Part shown: positions 18,224-27,801 of the stretch, one piece after another
Position numbering within the stretch: the first letter of the stretch is position 1
Layout: every line of letters begins with the position of its first letter
From: an uncultured Candidatus Saccharibacteria bacterium
Lineage (GTDB): Bacteria; Patescibacteriota; Andersenbacteria; UBA10190
Assembly: GCA_964359735.1 (NCBI GenBank)
Contig: CAYHTZ010000008.1
Span: 1-39,821, forward strand
Direction of reading: 5' to 3'
Length of the DNA: 39,821 nucleotides
Translations under genes and position numbers: made by a program
Notes under the pieces: model-generated
The model's database searches: none
What the model saw: the letters and a program-made list of their open reading frames with translations, nothing else
Told to the model about the DNA's origin: nothing

Positions 18224-18335
18224 GATCCAGCGGGTATGGTGGAGTGTAATCTTCAGGCTTCTCGTCCCGTGATCGCCATGAGCGATTTTACGGGATTAAA
18301 AGTCTAAAGACACTTACTCACCTTTTCGCTGAATC
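18224..18335 (-). promoter_or_regulatory. Long imperfect hairpin in the pnp 5' leader
   Basis: Nested pairings GATCCAGCG/CGCTGAATC, TCTTCAGGCTT/AAGTCTAAAGA, TCCCGT/ACGGGA, ATCGC/GCGAT. Confidence 0.65.
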
Positions 18336-18350
18336 AGGTTAAAAGTGAAC

Positions 18351-18902
18351 TTAGGTAAAGATTTTTGCTAACCGCTTGGTTGGTTTTGGTTTTCTATCTG
18401 ATATTAAAAACGTTTTCGGATCAGAAGACAAGTCTAGGAAGCTATCGGCGGCGGCCACTAAGGCGCTGCTGGTGCTTTCGCGGAAACCCATGACTTCAAA
18501 GCGCAACCCCTGTTGTTGACCAAACTGGATCAAGGGAACGAAATCGCCATCGCCGCTCACCAACACCGCCACGTCGAGTTTCGGCTGCAGGCTCAAGATA
18601 TCCATAGCAATGCCGACATCCCAATCGCCTTTCTTCTGTCCACCGATAAAGGTTTGCAAGGGTTTCGTTTTCACTTCAAAGCCTTGCTTCCCCAGTGCTT
18701 GGTGGAACTCTCCTTCGTGCGCTTCTTCCGTGGTAATGCCATAGGCAATGGCGCGCACGAGCTGGCGGCCCGCGACAGCGCCTTCCAGCACGCTGCTAAA
18801 GCTGACCTTTTGGTTGTGCAGGGCACGAGCGGAATAGTACATGTTCTGGATGTCGACAAAGACACCGACACGTTGCTGGGGGAACTGACCCGGTTCAGGC
18901 AT
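18351..18902 (-). CDS. NYN domain (LabA/DUF88 family) protein
   Basis: [26 protein letters not shown] motifs. Confidence 0.92.
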   Translation of the reverse strand: MPEPGQFPQQRVGVFVDIQNMYYSARALHNQKVSFSSVLEGAVAGRQLVRAIAYGITTEEAHEGEFHQALGKQGFEVKTKPLQTFIGGQKKGDWDVGIAMDILSLQPKLDVAVLVSGDGDFVPLIQFGQQQGLRFEVMGFRESTSSALVAAADSFLDLSSDPKTFLISDRKPKPTKRLAKIFT

Positions 18903-19173
18903 TTTGCTGTTTCAAATCAAGTTTCTTGGTGATAGCTTGGTACCGTTTTTCGTCCTGGCGTTTTAGGTAGGAAAGGAGCCGGCGACGCTTGCTCACGAGA
19001 CCTAGGAGACCGCGGCGGGAATGAAAATCCTTCTTATTCTTTCTCAAGTGCTTCACGAGCTCCTCAATTTTCTCGGTAAAAATAGCCACTTGGACTTCCG
19101 GGGAGCCCGTGTCTTTATCGTGCAGCTTATATTTCTTAATAATCCCACCTTTTCGTTCGTCGACTTTTGACAT
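18895..19173 (-). CDS. rpsO: 30S ribosomal protein S15
   Basis: [27 protein letters not shown]. Confidence 0.98.
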   Translation of the reverse strand: MSKVDERKGGIIKKYKLHDKDTGSPEVQVAIFTEKIEELVKHLRKNKKDFHSRRGLLGLVSKRRRLLSYLKRQDEKRYQAITKKLDLKQQNA

Positions 19174-19275
19174 GGAATATGGAATCTAAGTTAGAATGCG
19201 GAATTACTACTTGCCTTAAGAATATGCCAGAATACCCGAACTGGCAAAAAAGTCAAAACTTGTCTCCTGAATGGC

Positions 19276-19401
19276 CTAATTTTTCTTCTTGGGGGTCGGA
19301 TGCGTGTCTCGAGTGCCCAAGTAGCCGAAAATAGCGATGATTGTTAATGCAATCGCAAGGGTAAAATAAAACAAGAGGAAATCTGTGGTTTCAGGGGCCA
19401 T
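19276..19401 (-). CDS. 41-aa single-TM small protein (not in ORF track)
   Basis: MAPETTDFLLFYFTLAIALTIIAIFGYLGTRDTHPTPKKKN; overlaps the end of the upstream ORF. Confidence 0.65.
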   Translation of the reverse strand: MAPETTDFLLFYFTLAIALTIIAIFGYLGTRDTHPTPKKKN

Positions 19402-19591
19402 ATGATGCTTTCTTTATGAAGTATGGGCTCGCGACCCAGGCGGCGCAAGATACTCCGAGGCCAAGAAGAACAAAGGTGGGGTTGCGGACCTGAAAAAGAA
19501 AAGGAACTACTATACCCGCAAGGCTTACCTGGCCAATATCGGCACAAATATCGCCTACTTTCTTACGTTGATCAGAATTCAGCGTGAACAT
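19391..19591 (-). CDS. 66-aa two-TM small protein
   Basis: Two hydrophobic segments; TACAAT 7 nt before ATG. Confidence 0.7.
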   Translation of the reverse strand: MFTLNSDQRKKVGDICADIGQVSLAGIVVPFLFQVRNPTFVLLGLGVSCAAWVASPYFIKKASYGP

Positions 19592-19614
19592 ACGAGATAT
19601 TGTACACTATTTCT

Positions 19615-20511
19615 ATGTCGCAAAACCTTAAAGGGCTCCATATCGATTTCTTAGAGGACCTGGAAATTGGGCAGGGGCGGAGTGGCAGAACAACGGCAAA
19701 TTACGACCGGTATCTCCAGGCGTTTTATGCGCAGGAAAAACTGGAAAAGGTTCCCGATATTACGCTTGATGCCGTGAGAACGTTCCGGCGCTGGCTCAAT
19801 GGGAAGAAGTTGGACTTGGCCACGCAGAACTACTACCTGATTGCAATCCGCCAGTTCCTGAAATACTTAATCAAACGGGACATTGCGGCGCTTTCCCCTG
19901 AAAAGGTGGAGCTGGCCAAGTTGCCGGAGCGCAATATTGACGTGCTCTACCCGGAGGAGATCGACCGGCTGCTTGAATCAGTGGAAGGAGCTGATAGTGA
20001 AGCGCTGCGAGATAGGGCTATGCTGCACACGCTCTTCTCCACGGGTATGCGTGTGTCGGAGCTGACGAGCCTCGATCGTGACGATGTGCGAGAAAAAAGT
20101 GCTGAGATTGCCATTCGCGGAAAGGGCAATAAAGTGAGAGTAGTTTTTTTATCATCAGAGGCAAAAGAAGCGATTGCGGCTTACATTGAGAAGCGAGAAG
20201 ATGTCGACCCGGCTCTCTTTGTCCGCCACAAGAAGGGGGCGGGTAAGGCCGACGACCTGCGCCTTACTCCCCGCTCGGTGCAGCGCCTCGTCAAAAAGTA
20301 CGCGGCGGCGGCAGGGATTACCAAAGACATTACGCCGCACACGCTGCGGCATTCATTTGCGACGGATTTACTTTCCAACGGCGCGGATGTGCGGGAAGTA
20401 CAGCAGCTTTTAGGGCACGCTTCGATTACAACGACCCAGATTTATACGCACTTAACCGACACTCGGCTGCGCGAAGTGCACGAGCGCTACCACCGTAAGC
20501 GAACAGGTTAA
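19615..20511 (+). CDS. XerC/XerD-family tyrosine recombinase
   Basis: RD..TGMRVSEL, GKGNKVR, TPHTLRHSFAT, LGHASITTTQIY; start ATG 19615. Confidence 0.93.
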   Translation: MSQNLKGLHIDFLEDLEIGQGRSGRTTANYDRYLQAFYAQEKLEKVPDITLDAVRTFRRWLNGKKLDLATQNYYLIAIRQFLKYLIKRDIAALSPEKVELAKLPERNIDVLYPEEIDRLLESVEGADSEALRDRAMLHTLFSTGMRVSELTSLDRDDVREKSAEIAIRGKGNKVRVVFLSSEAKEAIAAYIEKREDVDPALFVRHKKGAGKADDLRLTPRSVQRLVKKYAAAAGITKDITPHTLRHSFATDLLSNGADVREVQQLLGHASITTTQIYTHLTDTRLREVHERYHRKRTG

Positions 20512-21515
20512 TCTAAAAGCTCCACGCCGCAGGGAAGGGTGTGGTTTATTTCCGCAGCAGCCAAGGTAATACCCAGCGGGGTCCAGACAAAGTTGCCATC
20601 GTGCTCAAACTGAATGAGGCCGTAACGGGCCAGGAGATCGTTGATGAGAACCTGGTTGATGACAATGGGCAGGGCTGACTCGTGGAAGAACCGGGAGAGG
20701 GATAGGCGCACGGGAGTCTGCAGTAAGCCCTGCTCAGCCCACAGCGGCGCAAAGATTTCGATGAGGCTCAGACACCACACCTGTTTATCGACAACTTCGC
20801 CCGCGCGGGCATCTTCCGCCAATTCCCAGAGCAGAGGCACGTAATCTTGGATAACACGCAGTTCGTCGTGCCAATCGGGAGCATACTCCCCCCAACAGAC
20901 GTGGTAGACATCGGCATGCCAGAGCACGAAGTACTGATAGCTGCGGGGGAGGCGCAAGAAAGTTTTGAGGCGGGAACGGACGACTTGGAGCTCCCCTTTG
21001 TGGTTCCTGAGCAGGCGTACCGCCGAGAGGAGATCGCGCAAGCGCTTCAGAGCCGGGACATCCCATTCACTGCCGCCCCGGGAGGGAGTCTCTCCTTCGA
21101 AAGAATCCAGCCTTTTGAGGAGCCGGGGAATATCCTGCGGGTGAAGCAGCGTTTGCCCGCCGCGGTGAATGAGCCGAGCCGGCTTGTGGGTGAGAGAGTC
21201 GAGGAAGCTTAAGGCGTCCAAGAGAACAAACGTGCTCGTGGCCTGCTGTTTCGTAAGGGGGATGTCGGGTAAGGAGGGAATGTCGGGGTGGTGATGAGCC
21301 CACAGAGCCGTGAGCGTTTTGCGCCACTTTGCCACTAACGCCGGAGAGTCAGAGAGAAGTTCCTCTGAGACAGCGGCAAAAACGGTGGCTGGGTCAGGAG
21401 AGGTGCGGGTCAGGCTTTCTAGCTCCCCAGCGGTAACCCCCCGGCGAAATTCACTCAGCTTCAGCAGGGCTTTGAGGTGAGCCCGCTCAAACAGACGCTC
21501 AGGAGCTTTCGCCAT
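20508..21515 (-). CDS. Hypothetical protein
   Basis: 335-aa ORF filling the interval; no motif recognised. Confidence 0.7.
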   Translation of the reverse strand: MAKAPERLFERAHLKALLKLSEFRRGVTAGELESLTRTSPDPATVFAAVSEELLSDSPALVAKWRKTLTALWAHHHPDIPSLPDIPLTKQQATSTFVLLDALSFLDSLTHKPARLIHRGGQTLLHPQDIPRLLKRLDSFEGETPSRGGSEWDVPALKRLRDLLSAVRLLRNHKGELQVVRSRLKTFLRLPRSYQYFVLWHADVYHVCWGEYAPDWHDELRVIQDYVPLLWELAEDARAGEVVDKQVWCLSLIEIFAPLWAEQGLLQTPVRLSLSRFFHESALPIVINQVLINDLLARYGLIQFEHDGNFVWTPLGITLAAAEINHTLPCGVELLD

Positions 21516-21561
21516 ACACCCCTTCTATACCACGTTTTTCCAAAGGTCGTCAGTGGAAAAG

Positions 21562-22146
21562 TTATTCTTTTTCCGATTCTAACCTTCTCTTTACAGCCTG
21601 GAGAACTTTACCATACCCCGCTGGTCCCACCAGCTGGCTCGGCAAAAAGTTAGTCTCAGTTCCATCTTTCTTCCTTATATATCCTTCCGGAGTTAGCTCG
21701 CTAGAGTACTCGTTCAGAAACCACTCGGCATCCTCTGTTGTTAAGTAGCGAAGGCTTTCTTGTTCCAATACTCGTGGATACCGAGGATCTCGTTTTAACT
21801 CATTGACGAGCTGGCGAAGGCTATCTTCATTACTCACTGGGGCTTCACTCTCCAGCCTTCGCTGGACAGCCTCAAGTACCTGTGCATAGGGGGCCCCGCT
21901 TATAAGCTGGCTGGGCAAGAAGTTACTCTCCCTCCCATCATCTTGCATGAGATATCCGCCAGCACTAAGTTCCCCAGTATACCCTTGCTCAGAGAACCAT
22001 CGGGCATCGGTAGTGGTTAAGTAGCGGAGGCTTTCCTCAGCCAAAAATCCTGGAAATCTTGGATCTAACCTTAGTTGCTCTTCTAGTTCCCGTAGAGGAT
22101 CTTTTGGTGCTTTAGTTTCGACTGGGGGGCTATCTCCTGATGACAT
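21562..22146 (-). CDS. Hypothetical protein made of two tandem ~85-aa repeats
   Basis: DPRFP..ESLRYLTT.DA.WF..NFLPSQL..VL.AV.RRLESE occurs twice. Confidence 0.85.
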   Translation of the reverse strand: MSSGDSPPVETKAPKDPLRELEEQLRLDPRFPGFLAEESLRYLTTTDARWFSEQGYTGELSAGGYLMQDDGRESNFLPSQLISGAPYAQVLEAVQRRLESEAPVSNEDSLRQLVNELKRDPRYPRVLEQESLRYLTTEDAEWFLNEYSSELTPEGYIRKKDGTETNFLPSQLVGPAGYGKVLQAVKRRLESEKE

Positions 22147-22206
22147 ATTGAATACTATAACATGGTTCTAGGGTAGTGGCTAGAGCGCGCGAAAACCTTT
22201 TGGGTT

Positions 22207-24888
22207 TTAGACAGGGGTAACTTCCTTTTGGGTGCGGCCGACTTTTTCGAAAGCGATATCGTCACCGCGCAGGACGGCCTTAATCGTAGAGCCCTTGGGG
22301 AACTGCCCCGAGAGCAAGGCGGTGGAAAGCTTGTTTTCGAGCCGACGCTGGATTTCACGGCGGAGGGGGCGGGCTCCGAACTCCGGATCAAAGCCGTCAG
22401 AGGCGAGGCGGTTTTTCACTTCTTCGCTGATTTCAAGTTTCAGCCCGAGCTCTCCCACCCGAGTCACCACTTCTTTCAGCAGTAGGTCGGCGATTTTTTG
22501 CACATGTACCTTCTCAAGAGGGTGAAAGACAACAAATTCATCTATACGGTTCAAGAACTCGGGACGGAAAACGGTCTTGAGTTTATCAACGACCAACTCC
22601 TTCGTGATGCTATCGCGAATGACGTTACTGGTCATGATAATAAGGGTGTTCTTAAAGTCGACGGTGCGGCCTTTGCCGTCGGTCAGGCGGCCATCATCAA
22701 AGACTTGCAACAGAATGTTGAGGACATCCGAATGAGCTTTTTCAATTTCGTCTAAGAGAATCACTGAATAGGGCTTGCGCCGGACAGCCTCGGTGAGCTG
22801 CCCCCCCTCCTCGTGCCCGACATAGCCGGGAGGAGAGCCAATCATGCGGGCTACAGAGTGTTTCTCCATATACTCAGACATGTCGAGGCGAATCATCGCG
22901 TCTTCGCTGCCAAAGAGGACGTCGGCTAAGGCCCGTGTGAGCTCCGTTTTCCCCACGCCGGTGGGGCCCAAGAACAGAAATACTCCTTGGGGGCGGTCAG
23001 GGTCCTTCAAGCCCGCGCGGTTTCTGCGGATGGCCTCGCTGACCACCCGGACCGCTTCCTCTTGAGCGATCACACGCTTATGCAACTCGTCTTCCAGGTG
23101 GAGAAGCTTTTCTTTCTCAGCCTCGGTAATCTTTTCCACCGGGATACCTGTCCAGGCGGCAATGATGTTTTCAATATCGGCGGCTTTCACCTCCGCTTGA
23201 GAAGTACCGGTTTTCTTTTGCCAGGTTTCCTTGAGCGCGGCGAGCTCTTTCGTCAGGCGCTCCTTTTCCGCTTCAAGGTCTTTCCGCTTGGTTTTGTTCT
23301 TGGCACGGGTGGCCGCGGCCAGCTCTCGATTCACACGCTTCAATTCCGCTTCCTTGCTCGCAATCTCATCAGGGTGGGCCATACTTCCCAAGCGCACCTT
23401 GGCGGCAGCTTCATCCATGAGGTCAATGGCTTTGTCTGGCAAGAAGCGGTCGCGCAAATATTTATCGGAAAGTGTCACCGCGGCCACAATGGCTTCATCT
23501 AAGATACGAACTTTATGGTGGGCTTCGTAGCGGTCCTTGAGCCCGCGCAGGATTTCAATCGCATCGGGAATACTCGGTTCCTCTACCAAGACAGGCTGAA
23601 ACCGGCGCTCGAGTGCCGCATCTTTTTCAACGTGTTTCTTGTACTCACTCAGAGTGGTAGCCCCGATGGCTTGGAGCTCGCCGCGCGCTAAGGCGGGTTT
23701 TAAGATGTTGGCGGCGTCCAGTGTCCCGCCTTCCCCCCCTCCGCCAGCGCCGACCACGGTATGCAACTCGTCAATGAAAAGAATAACTTCCCCTTTGGCT
23801 GCCTCAATTTCATCAACTACTTTCTTGATACGCTCTTCAAACTCCCCCCGGTATTTGGTACCGGCCACCATGGCGGGGAGATCGAGCGCCAACACACGTT
23901 TGTTTTTCAGCGTGTCAGGCACGGCGCCATTGACGATGCGGGTAGCTAACCCTTCCGCAATAGCAGTCTTGCCTACGCCGGGTTCGCCAATGAGGACAGG
24001 GTTATTCTTCGTGCGGCGGGAAAGAATTTGGATGACGCGCTGGACTTCATTGGTGCGGCCGACCACGGGGTCGAGCTTGCCGGCGCGGGCGAGCTCTGTC
24101 AGGTCGCGGCTATACTGGTCGAGCGTAGGAGTATTACTTTTCGTTTGGGCCGCACCGGTTTTCTTACCGCTTTTCCCCACCGCGGAGAGCACTGCTTGGC
24201 GAAGTTTAGTTTGAGTGAGGCCATACTTCTTGAGGGTCTGGGCAGCTAGGCCTTCGCCTTCTTCCAGGAGCCCTATGAGCACGTGTTCGCTGCCGACGTA
24301 GTCGTGCTCTAGGTTGCGAGCGGCGTGCCAGGCGAGCTCTAAGGCTTGTTTAGCGCGGGGGGAAAGCTCAGGAACCACGCCTTCCGCGTACTCCTTCGTA
24401 CCTTTACTCATATTTTCTTTCAGATAGCTGACGAGCTCGCTGGGGTTGATGTCGAGATTCTTTAAAATGATGGCGCCTACCTCAGGCTCCTGCGCCACTC
24501 CCAGGAGTAGGTGCTCGGTGTCTAAACTCGGGGAGCCGGCTTGCTGGGTTGCTTCAGCTGCTTTTTGGATAACCTGTTTGGCTCTATCAGAGAAGGCGTC
24601 CAAGATGTTGACCTGTTCTACTCCAGGGGAGGCGCTGAGTCCCCCATGCTGATGACGACCCCGCGCCAAAAAAGGGTCGTCTGCCCAGCCTTCTCGGCCG
24701 AAAAAATCACTGAAGCCGGGAAAGCCTGAAAACGGCCCCACTTCGCTAAAGCTACGCGGGGCAGAAGAACTCACCAGGCCGAGTTCTTCTGCACAAGCCT
24801 GGCAGAGGCGCTGACGGGTAGTTCTTCCCGCCAGCGAGCGCTGGACTTCTAGAGAAGCTTCTCGGGAGCGGCAACGTTCACACACCAT
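22207..24888 (-). CDS. clpC: ATP-dependent Clp protease ATP-binding subunit with N-terminal CxxC/CxxC zinc finger
   Basis: MVCERC...LCQAC, Clp_N repeats, [23 protein letters not shown]; start reassigned to ATG 24888. Confidence 0.92.
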   Translation of the reverse strand: MVCERCRSREASLEVQRSLAGRTTRQRLCQACAEELGLVSSSAPRSFSEVGPFSGFPGFSDFFGREGWADDPFLARGRHQHGGLSASPGVEQVNILDAFSDRAKQVIQKAAEATQQAGSPSLDTEHLLLGVAQEPEVGAIILKNLDINPSELVSYLKENMSKGTKEYAEGVVPELSPRAKQALELAWHAARNLEHDYVGSEHVLIGLLEEGEGLAAQTLKKYGLTQTKLRQAVLSAVGKSGKKTGAAQTKSNTPTLDQYSRDLTELARAGKLDPVVGRTNEVQRVIQILSRRTKNNPVLIGEPGVGKTAIAEGLATRIVNGAVPDTLKNKRVLALDLPAMVAGTKYRGEFEERIKKVVDEIEAAKGEVILFIDELHTVVGAGGGGEGGTLDAANILKPALARGELQAIGATTLSEYKKHVEKDAALERRFQPVLVEEPSIPDAIEILRGLKDRYEAHHKVRILDEAIVAAVTLSDKYLRDRFLPDKAIDLMDEAAAKVRLGSMAHPDEIASKEAELKRVNRELAAATRAKNKTKRKDLEAEKERLTKELAALKETWQKKTGTSQAEVKAADIENIIAAWTGIPVEKITEAEKEKLLHLEDELHKRVIAQEEAVRVVSEAIRRNRAGLKDPDRPQGVFLFLGPTGVGKTELTRALADVLFGSEDAMIRLDMSEYMEKHSVARMIGSPPGYVGHEEGGQLTEAVRRKPYSVILLDEIEKAHSDVLNILLQVFDDGRLTDGKGRTVDFKNTLIIMTSNVIRDSITKELVVDKLKTVFRPEFLNRIDEFVVFHPLEKVHVQKIADLLLKEVVTRVGELGLKLEISEEVKNRLASDGFDPEFGARPLRREIQRRLENKLSTALLSGQFPKGSTIKAVLRGDDIAFEKVGRTQKEVTPV
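24736..24764. repeat. Palindromic mini-repeat, in frame in clpC
   Basis: CCCCACTTCGCTAAAGCTACGCGGGGCAG, read as [10 protein letters not shown]. Confidence 0.85.
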
Positions 24889-24937
24889 ACATGTATCATA
24901 GACATTTCCGTTAAACCGTGGTAGCGTCAAGAGTTTT

Positions 24938-26014
24938 ATGAAAATTATTTTCGCTGGGCAACCTAACCTCTCCGAGCGGACCGCAGCCCTCTCGCCCTTA
25001 CTGGCTAGAGCCGGCCATGAGGTTACGGTACTTGAAGGAGCAGCACGCACTTCTCCTCGTTTGCGCACTATTCAAGGAGTGAGGTTGAAACGCGTTCCCT
25101 CGCGTCTGCCCGGCCAGCTGGGCGAGTGGTTGTATACTTTGGCCGCAGTGCTGCGAGCGAGCTGGGCGGGCGCGGGCGTAATTCACATTCACGGTTGGAA
25201 GCTGGCGGCCGCTGCCCCGCTGCTGGCGGCACTGGCACCGGGCGCTGTGATTGTTTGGACAGTTGATAGCCTACCGGCGCGGCCCAGATGGCTTTTGCGA
25301 TTTGTGGCGAGAAGAGCGCAGGCGCTCGCACAGGCGGTGACAGTCACGCGCCGCGACCTCCAGTGGCATCTCCTTGAGATTTCAGGGGTACGAGCAGAGT
25401 ACATACCAGACGGGTACAGCGAGAGCGACACCCCGCTGATTTCGCCGCGCCGTTGGAAGCTGTGGACGGGCCGTTATATCGCGGCGACGGCTGAGAGCAA
25501 AGCGGAGTTAGCCTTCTTAGCACAAGCATATGCGAAGGTACGCAGCCGCAAGAAATTGGTGGTGCTGACTTCAAAGGCGGCCGAACTCTCACCGCTCTCC
25601 CGCAAACACCCGTTCATTACCCTGGTTGAAACAGAGAGCCCGCGGGTGGCGCGATCTCTCATGCAAGGGGCGGCCGCGATTATTTTGGGAAGCCGCCGCG
25701 ACACGCTGCCTACGTTGCTTTCTGCTCTGAGATGCGGGAAGCCGGTTGTGGCTGTCGCTGAACCTTTCCACGAAGAGACGCTCGGCGTATGCGCCCAGTA
25801 TGTGAAAGAGGGCGATAGTGAGACCTTGCGACGTTCCTTAGCCACCGCTGGGCGAAACGCTCGGCAGGCAGACAAGGGGCGCGTACGGGCAGAAGCCCAT
25901 TTCCGCTGGGAACGCATTCTCCTGGATTACCTACATTTGTACCAGCCGGCAGTATTCTTAGTGCCGATTGATTCAGCCCAAGGCGTGAAGTTTTCTGAGC
26001 CAGTGGTAAACTAG
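24938..26014 (+). CDS. GT-B (GT4-like) glycosyltransferase, degenerate motifs
   Basis: MKIIFAG, LARAGHEVTV, VIHIHG, ALRCGKPVVA, FRWE. Confidence 0.75.
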   Translation: MKIIFAGQPNLSERTAALSPLLARAGHEVTVLEGAARTSPRLRTIQGVRLKRVPSRLPGQLGEWLYTLAAVLRASWAGAGVIHIHGWKLAAAAPLLAALAPGAVIVWTVDSLPARPRWLLRFVARRAQALAQAVTVTRRDLQWHLLEISGVRAEYIPDGYSESDTPLISPRRWKLWTGRYIAATAESKAELAFLAQAYAKVRSRKKLVVLTSKAAELSPLSRKHPFITLVETESPRVARSLMQGAAAIILGSRRDTLPTLLSALRCGKPVVAVAEPFHEETLGVCAQYVKEGDSETLRRSLATAGRNARQADKGRVRAEAHFRWERILLDYLHLYQPAVFLVPIDSAQGVKFSEPVVN

Positions 26015-26021
26015 CCCTTAC

Positions 26022-26081
26022 GCGGATGTGGCGAAATGGCAGACCCAGCCTACGCTAAAGCTACGGCGGGCAGGCGCGCAC
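26022..26081 (+). pseudogene. tRNA-Leu-like 5' fragment interrupted by a mini-repeat
   Basis: GCGGATGTGGCGAAATGGCAGAC, then the repeat (26045-26075), then GCGCAC; no 3' half follows. Confidence 0.65.
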
Positions 26082-26101
26082 TTTATTCAATTAACAATCA
26101 T

Positions 26102-26184
26102 GCTGGGGTGGTGAAACGGCAGACACGCTAGCTTTAGGAGCTAGTACCCGAAAGGGTGTGCAGGTTCAAATCCTGTCCCCAGCA
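26102..26184 (+). tRNA. tRNA-Leu(TAG)
   Basis: Acceptor GCTGGGG/CCCCAGC, anticodon loop TTTAGGA, long variable arm, GTTCAAATCC. Confidence 0.95.
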
Positions 26185-26200
26185 CACAGACTCCTCCCGC

Positions 26201-26260
26201 GCCCCGCGAAGCCTTGGCGAAGTGGGGTCATCCGCACCCTTCGACAAGCTCAGGGCAAAC
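26201..26260. repeat. Two adjacent palindromic repeats (mini-repeat plus CCCTTCGACAAGCTCAGGG type)
   Basis: GCCCCGCGAAGCCTTGGCGAAGTGGGG and CCCTTCGACAAGCTCAGGGCAAAC. Confidence 0.8.
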
Positions 26261-26472
26261 TACACGAAAATCAGGTTGAAGATAGCGGCGGAGAGCGCCA
26301 GCAGGGTTAAGAGAATCAAGGCAATGGCCATCCAAAAGCGGATACGCGCCTGCTCAGGGCCGTATCCCACCATCCAGGTGTGCCGGGCGGCTAAAATCAG
26401 GACAATAATCGCGAGCACGAAACCAATCACAAAGAAGGTCGTATTCAGACTCACGAAGAGTTGTGGGGTCAT
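26260..26472 (-). CDS. 70-aa two-TM membrane protein
   Basis: Start MTPQLF with TACAAT 6 nt upstream; two hydrophobic helices. Confidence 0.7.
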   Translation of the reverse strand: MTPQLFVSLNTTFFVIGFVLAIIVLILAARHTWMVGYGPEQARIRFWMAIALILLTLLALSAAIFNLIFV

Positions 26473-26518
26473 GGATGCATTGTAGCGCGTAATGTGCAAT
26501 GTGTAATGATTAGTAAGA

Positions 26519-26547
26519 AAAGAGCCGCCCGAATTAGAGCAGCTCTT
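26519..26547 (-). terminator. Putative terminator after the pilin array
   Basis: AAGAGC...GCTCTT hairpin followed by TTCTT on the minus strand. Confidence 0.45.
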
Positions 26548-26584
26548 ATTACTCGTTACTGGTTACCTTTACTCGTTACTTTTT

Positions 26585-26932
26585 CTAGGCTTGTCCGATG
26601 GCACCCACCACGAAGTTCACGATAGCAGCGGCCAGACCGATGAAGATCAAGCCGATGACAGCGTAGAGAATGCGATTTTTCGCTTTTTCTTGGCCGCTTT
26701 CATCGCTTCCCGAGGTAATGTATTGGACACCACCGATAATCAGAAAGATCCCGGCGACCAAGGCGGCTAAGATGAGAAGAATATTAATGATGTTCGTAAC
26801 CGCCGTAGGGAGGTTGCTTTGAGCAGTGCCTTGGAAAGGCTGGATTCCCGATAAGCCTTGGGCAAGCGTAACGGCTGGCCAGAACCCGGCCAAACTCGCG
26901 AGTAACGCCCGCTTCATTGTTTTTAGATTCAT
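26585..26932 (-). CDS. VirB2/TrbC-like pilin (candidate major pilin)
   Basis: Signal peptide, TM-GGVQYITSG-KAK-YAVIGL-TM; AAGGAGGTGA Shine-Dalgarno. Confidence 0.85.
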   Translation of the reverse strand: MNLKTMKRALLASLAGFWPAVTLAQGLSGIQPFQGTAQSNLPTAVTNIINILLILAALVAGIFLIIGGVQYITSGSDESGQEKAKNRILYAVIGLIFIGLAAAIVNFVVGAIGQA

Positions 26933-26939
26933 GAGCTGC

Positions 26940-26966
26940 TCACCTCCTTATGATTCAATCTTAACA
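26940..26966 (-). promoter_or_regulatory. Extended -10 (TGTTAAGAT) and strong SD (AAGGAGGTGA) for the last pilin
   Basis: Plus-strand TCACCTCCTT at 26940-26949 and ATCTTAACA at 26958-26966. Confidence 0.7.
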
Positions 26967-26969
26967 TGG

Positions 26970-27398
26970 CTATCGCACAATGTCACCAGGCCCCCGGATA
27001 ACTCCGCCTCCACCAGGAATATTGATGCCCCCGCCCGTGCCGCTGCCCCGGCCTTGAATAGCGTTGATCGTAAAGTTCACAATGGCGGCGGCAAGACCAA
27101 TCACAATTAACCCGATGACGGCGTAGATAATTTGGTGTTTGGCTTTCTCCTGACCACTTTCGCTATCACCCGAGGTAATATAGCGCACGCCTGCCAAAGT
27201 CAAAAAAATCAGCGCAGTAATACCTGCTAGGATCAAAAATGCATTTGCGATGCCCTGGATTGCAGGCGCAAGCTCGCCGCTAGCCATGCCGGGCAAGGGG
27301 GTCACAGGAATGAGGCCTCCTTGATTTTGAGCGTGAGTGACAGCCGCTGGGGCAACGAGGAGTACGGCGATGGCAGAGACGATGATAGCGATTTTCAT
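26970..27398 (-). CDS. VirB2/TrbC-like pilin with Gly-rich tail
   Basis: AGVRYITSG..KAK..YAVIGL motif. Confidence 0.85.
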   Translation of the reverse strand: MKIAIIVSAIAVLLVAPAAVTHAQNQGGLIPVTPLPGMASGELAPAIQGIANAFLILAGITALIFLTLAGVRYITSGDSESGQEKAKHQIIYAVIGLIVIGLAAAIVNFTINAIQGRGSGTGGGINIPGGGGVIRGPGDIVR

Positions 27399-27403
27399 GC
27401 CAA

Positions 27404-27799
27404 CTACTTCCCACGAATGGCAAAGACAGTGAAGTTCACGATGGCAGCGGCGACACCGATCACAATGAGCCCGATGACAGCATAAATGATAGCTTTTTTC
27501 GCTTGCTCGGCATGTTTCTCATCACCAGAGGAGGTAACATAGCGAATGCCGGCAATAATGATAAAGAGCAGAGCTACGACTGACGCCAGGGTTAGGACAA
27601 TTTTCGTAATACTGATAACCACATCAATTAAGTTGGTTTCTTCCCGAAGCCCCAGATTCTTGGCTTGATCTTTGGTGATAGGCCCGAACCCGGGGAACTT
27701 AGGAACAGCAGCCAGGGTAGGCGCCGCAGTGCTGGCTACGAGACTCATGCTGAAGACGAGGGTAATCAGTTGAGCAAGAATCTTTCGGCTGTGCTTCAT
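27404..27799 (-). CDS. VirB2/TrbC-like pilin
   Basis: AGIRYVTSSGDE..AKKAIIYAVIGL. Confidence 0.85.
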   Translation of the reverse strand: MKHSRKILAQLITLVFSMSLVASTAAPTLAAVPKFPGFGPITKDQAKNLGLREETNLIDVVISITKIVLTLASVVALLFIIIAGIRYVTSSGDEKHAEQAKKAIIYAVIGLIVIGVAAAIVNFTVFAIRGK

Positions 27800-27801
27800 A
27801 A

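Noticed and set aside
19615-20511. Prophage or island integrase
   Set aside because: XerC/D-like length and motifs, flanked by core genes, with no phage genes or att repeats seen.
24889-25068. N-terminal extension of clpC in the ORF track (likewise 6702-6806, 30243-30368, 34091-34183)
   Set aside because: These extensions overlap neighbouring genes or repeats; downstream ATGs match family N-termini or have adjacent -10 boxes.
26488-26582. Degenerate heptamer runs (GTAATGT-like; TTACTCG-like) around the pilin terminator, similar at 19174-19205
   Set aside because: Short and low-complexity; no function can be supported from the sequence alone.
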